Origin: Eledone cirrhosa | Lineage: Eukaryota | Direction: 5' to 3' | Assembly: GCA_964016885.1 (NCBI GenBank) | Contig: OZ024742.1 | Span: 328,786,001 to 328,850,000, forward strand | Length of the DNA: 64,000 nt | In this document: positions 55,101 to 64,000 of the stretch, piece after piece | How positions within the stretch are numbered: position 1 is the stretch's first letter | Layout: every line of letters begins with the position of its first letter | Notes under the pieces: generated by a model | Databases searched by the model: none | Seen by the model: only the letters and a program-made list of their open reading frames with translations | Told to the model about the DNA's origin: nothing | Program-made: the position numbers and the translations under genes

Positions 55101-56112
55101 TAAAAATGTTGTGTTGTATTGAAAGCAAGCTGTTGTCACATTCACACCACTTCTCTATTGTAACTATATTAACATTCTGTAATGATTTTGTAGGAAAGAA
55201 CTAAGAATATGTCTGTTATTTCAAATAATTATTGTATCTTTATTAGTGGACATATTGTTGTTAAAAATTAGTGTAGGAGAGTAAATATGTTAATACTTAA
55301 CACGATGTTGTCATTATACAGTTTTGCGCTTTTAAAGAATGTCTTGTTAATGCAAATTCCTCTAAGATCGGCGTGAAGATCTTGATTATTTCATGAGGTT
55401 TTAAACCGGTATCAAAACACTGTGCAGACATATCTTACCCAGAGGTTAACTTTATTGTTTGGTAGTCAGTAGAGCTAGCCGATGAATATCTAGTGCCATA
55501 GGCTGGCGTTGAACTTACGAGTTTAGTTTCCATCCAACTAATATGGACAATGACTCTGAGGTTTGGGGATTTGATTCACAATTAAGTGGTTTCATGTTTG
55601 ACCGCGTTGAACGACGCCTTGAAGATGTTACTCATGCTAATGCCATGGATCTACCCATGTTATGTAAGTGAAATTTAGCAAACAGAATATCTGGAACAAT
55701 GTCTCACCTACATTATTTCCATCTTTGGGTTTAGATTTAACCCGTCCATCGGTTTAAATCCACACCTGGCTCCCATGTACACAGATAATTCTCTAAATAA
55801 TTTCAAATTAGAGTTCTTCAAGAAAATGTACCTATTTTTCTCAATTCTTGCTATGACCACAATAAGAGATCACTGAACTTCCATTTTATACTCCATATAT
55901 AAATTTACCCAGCCAAATTCATATTAGCCACTCAAATACTGTATTTGAACAAGACTGCTTTTGATATATTTATGCTGTGATATATTTATTAACGGCAGGA
56001 AATTATACGATATTTCAGCTAATTTTACAAATTTGTATAAAGCTGTGATGCTTTAAGGTTCAGTCATGAGCCTAGTTGGCATAATAATAGCGCCGACTCT
56101 AGAAGACATTGA

Positions 56113-56293
56113 CAATAATTGTTTCTACTTTTGGCACAAGGCCACAATTACCCCAGTACATTATTTTATCGACCCCGTAGGGATAAAAGGCAAAGTTTAC
56201 CTCGGCGGGATTTGAAATCAGAATGGCAAGGGCCGTAACTCTATACGTCAAAGCATGGCGTCCGACCCTCTACCGATACAGCCAATCCACCGC
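56113..56293 (-). mobile_element. tRNA-derived SINE with TSD gacaataat
   Basis: Same family as 1818-1997; gacaataat at 56111 and 56294. Confidence 0.85.
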
Positions 56294-56605
56294 GACAATA
56301 ATGATTTTTAAAAGAAGCACACAGTGTCACATTTACTCACGTGGAAATGTCTAAATGGGGAGTATGGCAATTGTCAAACCTTATTCGAACATATAAATAA
56401 TAGGCATGACTATGACTGCTTGGTAACTAGATCGCTTTTCAAATATGATTTCTTGTTCAATCCTACCGTGTGACACCGTGAAAAAGTGTCTTCTACCATA
56501 AACCTTTGTTAACCAGCGCTTTCTAGTGAAATTTGCTAGTCAAACTAATATATATATATATACATATCTATATATAATTTAATATATATGTATATATATA
56601 TATAT

Positions 56606-56720
<115 letters not shown>

Positions 56721-59013
56721 TGTCTGTCTGTGAGTGCGAGTGCGTGTATACATTTACTATTTGTTTAAATCTCGTAAATTACCGATTTCTCCAAAAGATA
56801 TCCATGAAAGAAATATACAAAATTTCAAAGAATGAATACTGGTGTTTGTATTATAAGCTAAATCCGTTTGAACCGGTGACCAAGCATAGCCGCATTCTAA
56901 AACAAAAGAATATTATTAATTTAACCGGTAAACAAAATATTGTCACGCTCTCTCCACACACATACATATACTCACATATATATATATATATTTGAGGGCC
57001 TTTTGCAGTTTACATATACAATATTCAACTCAAAAGACACTGGTCAAAATCGAGGCTATAGTAGAAATCGTGTGGCAATGCGAACTTCTTAACCACTCAG
57101 CCATCTAAATTTATACCATATAATCTAATGTTATTTGATATAAAATGTCTTATTAAAAGTTAAGCGAGCGGAGAGTTAAGCTAGTTTATGAGGAAGTATG
57201 GTGGAGGGAGAGAGTATTGTTTGATATCGTCTAAACTCTTTTGTTTATTTATTTATAATTGATTCAATCAATTTCACAGATAAAGTTAATTTCCACAGAC
57301 TGTGTCCTAGATAACACAATTAATTCTTTCATTTTGACAACTAGCCAATACTCGACTGACTTAAATAATGTAACTACAAGCCAATTATCAGTGCAGGAAC
57401 AACTGATTGTACTACCAACAACAATATACAATAAATAAATAATGAATAAATAACTATTGAATAAATAAATGAATAGATAAATAAATAAACTACCTCTACC
57501 ACCCAACACGGACACATGAACATTGATTGGTCAAAAGGTTCCATTTTCTCGCACATTTTCAATTAGGCAGCTATAGCGGTGAGATGTTACGTTAACAAGA
57601 CTACTCTCAGGAAAAAACAAAGTTAAATAGAAAAGGAGGTTAAAATTAAAAACAGTATAAAGAAATAAAGAAGAGATGATACAAATATAAAGAAATATAA
57701 AGGTAAACTAAAAACTTTGATTTCTTTGTGATTATAAAGAGATACAAATATATGTATATATAAAACGCACCTGAAAAATAAAAATCACTAATTATTTCCA
57801 GTTTTCTTGATATCAATAACACGGAGAAATCTTCCCCGTAAAATCTGTTGGCATTACGTGTGTTCTGTTGGCACCGGTTAGGCGAGTAGATAAGCTTAAT
57901 AAAGACAGAAAAGTCTTAAAACACACACTGATATGTTACAGAAGGTTACATTCAGACTCCTGATAACAGTTTTACGCCAGAAAGAAACAAAGAAAATGCA
58001 ATACTTAGATATCAGTTTTTAATTTAACACATTCACTACAATTGTATATCATAGCATTGGATATCACCTTCAAGCATTATTCAAGTATTAAATAAGAAAT
58101 TAAGCGAGTAAACAAGAAATCATGTGGTGGTAGAAATAGCAACGAAATAATCCTCACACCACCCTGCTGATTTCTCCCACCGGATATGGAATGCCTGATA
58201 CAACAGGTATCACTGGCTGGCTTCCGCGACAATGGTCTCGATACCTTGCCTGAAGTTTTGCTGTTCAAATATATCATCCAGCCCAAAGTGTACAGTTTAC
58301 CCACGAGGGGTAATTGTTGGGGGAGCAAGGATCACTGGGTTTTCCACGTGACAATGTTTTCGCCAATTTTTTCAAATTTATTTCTCTCCACACTCCTTAC
58401 CGTTTTCAGTCTCTTGTTTGTAAATATATTCATTGAATATGAAATGTTGAATCAATACAACTTTTTTATCGTTTATCGATGAGCCTGTTAATCAAGGAAA
58501 ACAGCAATAGTGTAAACAACATGAAAAAAAAAACAGACACACAATATTGAGATAGATGAGACACATATGTAAAGTTATTTATAGAATATTCATAGAAACC
58601 AGGGTGAGAAAGAAGATAATGGGGTAATATAGTTACAGTGTATCGGGGGAGTTTCATATGGTAATCGGTGGCATCTAGGTTAATCAGCATTTGTATATAA
58701 CCTCAATGTTTTAGATACGTTTTCCAACTGGATAATGACTACATCTGACATAGAGAGAAACGGCGATAGAAGAAATACTTTTTCACACAATTAAAAGTAA
58801 GACAACAATGGTGAGGAGGAAACTATATACACTGAAAGTCTATTTCAGCTCTACCAAGCCGAGAGCAAGACGAAAGCGTTGTCGCGGAGTTCAGCCTGCG
58901 ATACTCGCTATCTCAGCCATTCCATTTCATAATGATGCCTGCCTCCTGATTTGAACGCTGCAGTCCTGTGAACGAGTACAGCAATTACCTCGATGCCGAC
59001 CGACACACATATT

Positions 59014-59250
59014 ACTTCATTAAATAATTGTTTCTACTATTGGCACAATGCCAACAATTACTCAGTACATTACTGGTATTTTATTTTATCAACCTCATAA
59101 GGATGAAAGACAAAGTTAACCTTGACTTCATTAAATAATTGTTTCTACTTTTGGCACAAGGCCAGCAATTACCCAGTGCATTACTGGTACTTTATTTTAT
59201 CGACCCCGTAAGGATGAAAGGCAAAGTTAACTTCGGTGGGATTTGAACTC
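59014..59250 (-). mobile_element. Two tandem 5'-truncated SINE copies
   Basis: acttcattaaataattgtttctact repeated at 59014 and 59125, each followed by the SINE central domain. Confidence 0.8.
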
Positions 59251-59842
59251 AATGCTTGTTATTTTGCAATCTTCCGCTCATCTTCGTTGTGAGTGACAGT
59301 GGATGGCTTTTATGGCTAAAAAAGTGAGATTAGCATCGCAGAAAGCATCATTACCTGTGGCGTCTGGGAATATATATATATATTCATCAAAGCGAAAATC
59401 TAATCTCCTACATCTTTGTCGAACTTCAGTAATATTCATGAGAATATTGTGTAATGCTGATGCTATCAACATCGAGTTAAGAAAATTACCGTTAACTCCA
59501 ATTTTTTTTTCAATTGCTATAAATATATTATTTAGACTATATTTATTAATTTAATATTTTCGTCTTTCAATGATTAGATTTTAGCAATGCTTGCGAATGT
59601 CTTTGGTTTAGCCGATCAACTTCCTCAGATTTTAATTAAAAACATGGAGGACGAGAGAGAGGATCAGATTACTATACTCTAATCAATATCACTATTTTAA
59701 TAAGTCCAATTTATATGTGAATTCACTTTGTATATTTTATAGGTGAAAAATTGTATTTACTAATTTGAAAAATGTGGGCGTAGTGAAATTTTCTGGCCCT
59801 TAGGTCATCCAGGATACGGGCAGATCGAGGTGATCAGGTAGT

Positions 59843-59920
<78 letters not shown>

Positions 59921-59923
<3 letters not shown>

Positions 59924-60796
59924 CCCTCTCAGATAGAAACTTTCCCATAGGTCATAAATACCGCTCCATCTTTGACCGACACAATGTAAAATTGGATACT
60001 CCTGCGCTAAGAACATGAAGGCCCACATCACCAACAGCCCTAAGAGCAACACCGCACCAGGGTGCTCTTTCCGTAAGCCCGAAGCTTATCCCCTTCAACA
60101 GCAATGCAACACACCCGCTGTAGTTTATGAATCTGTGGTCACTTCCAACCGACTAAATCAACCACAGGAGGTCAAATCCTATATAGGTATGGCGGGGGGC
60201 CGATTTAAGTAACGCTTCCTGAACCACCAGTCGATCTTTAGGTATCCGGACAGACGTTCATCCACGAAACTCGCGAGCCACGTATGGTCCCTCAAGGACT
60301 CGTGTATAGACTACTCCATTCAATGGAAAGCCATCACTAAGTCCAAGCCATACGCAAGGGGCAATCCGTCGGGTGGACAATGTATTGATGAACGAATAAA
60401 TATTCTAAAGAGATTACGTAATAGTGATTGCCTAAACACTAGAAATGAATTCTTCACACGTTGTCTGGAAACACCTCTTACATAACTACAAAGCTCCGGA
60501 TTGAATTACAACAATATTCTAATTTTATTATCAACTAGAAACTTTTCCGACTTTCGCAGTTATCTCCCTTACACTCTCGCACGCATTTTAGTATTGCCTG
60601 TGTGAAGTTATCGTTTCTACGCATGCGCGTTCGTACGGTTCTCCTTCCTGCTCCATATAACCATGTCCATTACGAGCTGAGGATCCGCTAAGGTGAAACA
60701 ATTGTTCACTGTTGTGCAAACACTTCTATCTAACTCGTCCAATGGACTGAACGCTCCTCTACCACTACGGATATTACCTTCCAGTGTTCTACCAGT
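59921..60796 (+). mobile_element. Hydra-like PLE 3' fragment with GIY-YIG relic, hammerhead and tail
   Basis: HKYRSIFDRHNV..YSCAKNMKAHIT..VVYES..SYIGMAGGRFK; ACGAG-CTGAGGA-TCC(gctaa)GGT-GAAACAATTGTT at 60672-60706; between (TA)n tracts. Confidence 0.88.
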
Positions 60797-60798
60797 AC

Positions 60799-60908
<110 letters not shown>

Positions 60909-61274
60909 TGGGATGAACTAAATGGAACAGTAACTAGGTATGAACGAAATGTATATTAGCAATTACCATTTTATGACTGCGATTTTCGCACCATGTACGT
61001 TCAGTCGAGCAAATGGTTCATTTTGTTCAAAGATTCTTGATATGAAATCGTGTGTTGAAACAGGTATCATGGGGTAAACGATATAAGATAAGAAAGAAGA
61101 GAAGATATAGAGAAGAACAAGAAACGGTCTTTGAGGATCTTGCAGAATGTGTGACGAAAGATTTCTGACAAAATAACCAAAAACTAATAATAATAAAATG
61201 AAATTCAGATAGCGCATGTGCCTTTTTGGGCAAAATTTTACCCCCAAATATAACAATATGTATATATATATATA

Positions 61275-61768
<494 letters not shown>

Positions 61769-62217
61769 GTTCAAGAGTAATCAATCTTAAAGAGAGAGAT
61801 TGAGATAGTAGAGGTGATATGAGAGGAAAGATTGGTGAGTTAGTTAGAAGCCAAAGCGTAAAGGCATGTGCTCAATGTGCAATATGCAGTAGAAAGCAGC
61901 TAGGTGGCTGGGTTCATGCAGAGGTTAGGTGCGCAGAGCTGGAAATATTCATTAGTTAAGCAAAACAAGACCACAAATATCACAAGGAAGGCATTATTAA
62001 AAGATTGTCAGCATATTTAGTTTGATGTAAGGAATGTTGAGAATAATAATAATAATAATATTAATAATAATAATGCCCGTTTACAATTGTTTCGCTACTC
62101 CGTATAATATTTCTGGTTCAGATGACTATGTATCATAATTGATCTGGTTCAGTTGAAAATAATTAACATATTTAAAAAACAGAGTGGCTCATCGGAACTC
62201 AAAGGAATATAAATTAA

Positions 62218-62407
62218 AACAATTGTTTCTACTTTTGGCACAAGGCCAGCAATTTCCCAGTGTATTACTGGTACTTTATTTTATCGACCCCGTAAGGATG
62301 AAAGGCAAAGTTAACCTCGGCGGGATTTGAACTCAGAATGGCAAGGGCCGTAACTCTATGCGTCAAAGCATGGCGTCCGACCCTCTACCGATACTGCCAA
62401 TTCACCT
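62218..62407 (-). mobile_element. tRNA-derived SINE, same family
   Basis: Near-consensus match to 1818-1997 and 56113-56293. Confidence 0.88.
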
Positions 62408-62760
62408 AAAATAATGTTACATAATATAATGTTCCATATATTAGTTTTTACTATGGTGCTTTTGTTTCATCAGCTGTCAGCCATAATCAAGCAGTACTCA
62501 TCTGTCGAGGCTGCATTGTGTGAGATCTGCCTATGGGTAACAAGATGGCTGCCAAAGGGCATATTTACCTTACTAATAATTAGGGGGTGGTTTCAGGGGA
62601 AGTAACTTCTCGAGCGATTAGAGATTGTGTGTATTTTATAGTTAAGTGCTAGTATTTAAATTATTTAATTGAGAGACAATGTAGGGGAGGTAACTTATAA
62701 TTATCGAGTTGTTCATAGCAATTTAACTTATTAGCTACAATTAGAGATGGGGCTACATGG

Positions 62761-64000
62761 CTAAGTTGGGTCAAAAACTCTATTGGCGAAGGAATTAGCC
62801 CTTCGATGTTGATAGCTAATGGTTACCTCAGTTCTATCGTTAATTGGTAGAGATCTTGATAGAGTTATGTAATACGCTTCCGTAACACAGAGATCACAGG
62901 ATTTCCTTCGTCCATTGAACGGTTGTGCCCTAGCTACGATATCCCATTTTAGTGAGTGTTGAACTTTGTTTAATTTAAGGTTTTTAATGAGCCTAGCTAG
63001 CGATGTCAAACATCTGTTGTTAGGGTCTCGGAAGGAAAAAGAGTGCGCGTTATAGCGTACCTTAAGAGGGTTAGAGGTAGACCCGATGTAAGAGCTGATA
63101 TTAGAAGCAGTCTCAACTGTGCATTTAGACTATGTTGGGTGTCAGGCAGTGTCCATTTAATGGGCATGCATTGGGGTAGCGGCAGTTGCAGTTGCTTCTG
63201 CGGTTAGTGAGAGTAGTGTTATTTAACCTAAGCAGTTGGTCCGTGCTAGAAGGATTAGATGGGGGAGGTGTGCTACTCGAGTAATTATTGGTGTAGTGGC
63301 GTGGTGTATTTGATAGGGGTGGTGGTACCGCGGTGTGGGAGCTATAGTGTCTTAGCTTATGGTGGTTACTGAACGCGATGTGGCTAGCTAGGTTAGGTGT
63401 AGTGGAGAATGAGATTTTAATGTTGTTTTTATTAAATGGTTAGAGGGGAAGTGTTTGGATAGGATAGAGAAGAAGCGATTGGGGATATTAGTGGCTAGAT
63501 TAGATGAGAATGTTGGGTTAAGCCAGGTGATATTTCTAGGCCTATTCTTTCTAGGGGTTCTAGTGGAGTTGGTAGGGGCCTTCCTAGGGTTATTATTACC
63601 TGGGGGTTTGTTATTTGTCATCCCATTTCTCATTCCTATTCTAGGGTTGATTCTTAATTTGCTACTAGGAGTGGGGAGCAGGCCGCTGCCACCATTAAAG
63701 TTCTCTGTATAGGTGCTGTTACTGCTAAAATTCCGGCGAATCTGGCTATATACTAAGGTATTACTAGTTCTAGTGTTAAGTTTATTATGGTGAGTTGCTG
63801 TGTTATGGCATTTTGGTATGTAATAAATTGATTGTTTATAACCAGATTCAGAGAGAGCCTTATTATAATATTGTGCGTGGTTTATAAATATCTCTTCACT
63901 TGCTGATAGCATTGAGATCCTATAGGAGATAGATTTGATTACTGCTCTGATGACTGCCGGTGGGTGGTTAGAGTGTGGGCTAATATATGTGAGTATTTCG
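62761..64000 (-). mobile_element. Hydra-like PLE C-terminal region (RT thumb, Cys linker, GIY-YIG), disrupted, continues beyond window end
   Basis: YYNKALSESGYK..RNITWLNPTFSSNLATNI..KHFP; CNCRYPNACPLNGHCL; YIGST; LKWDIVARAQ..CDLCVTEAYYI. Confidence 0.88.

Noticed and set aside
57300-57410. Additional hammerhead-like motifs (also near 38670, 51001 and 62465)
   Set aside because: Core boxes mutated and stems not reconstructable, so not called.

Overview
AT-rich, microsatellite-dense animal DNA with no host gene I can support. The repeat landscape suggests a mollusc, probably an octopus/coleoid (inference). The window is almost all transposon-derived. It holds several Penelope-like elements (PLEs: RT plus C-terminal GIY-YIG; Poseidon-like, Neptune/Nematis-like and Hydra-like types), a near full-length R4/Dong LINE head-to-head with a near full-length Tx1-like LINE in one (TAA)n tract, and CR1/Tx1/R4 relics. 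It also holds about ten tRNA-derived SINE copies, a non-autonomous Helitron with a 37-bp minisatellite, and a 646-bp tandem duplication. The standout is a recurring architecture seen about 10 times with unrelated sequences: (TA)n - arm><arm - tail - (TA)n fold-back elements of 0.2-3.6 kb. Most carry a minimal hammerhead-ribozyme motif (CUGANGA...GAAA, palindromic stem III, often U.U at 10.1-11.1). One arm carries an extra 3' tail, and in 6 cases the inversion junction sits at the hammerhead core. Coordinates were read by eye and may be off by a few bases.
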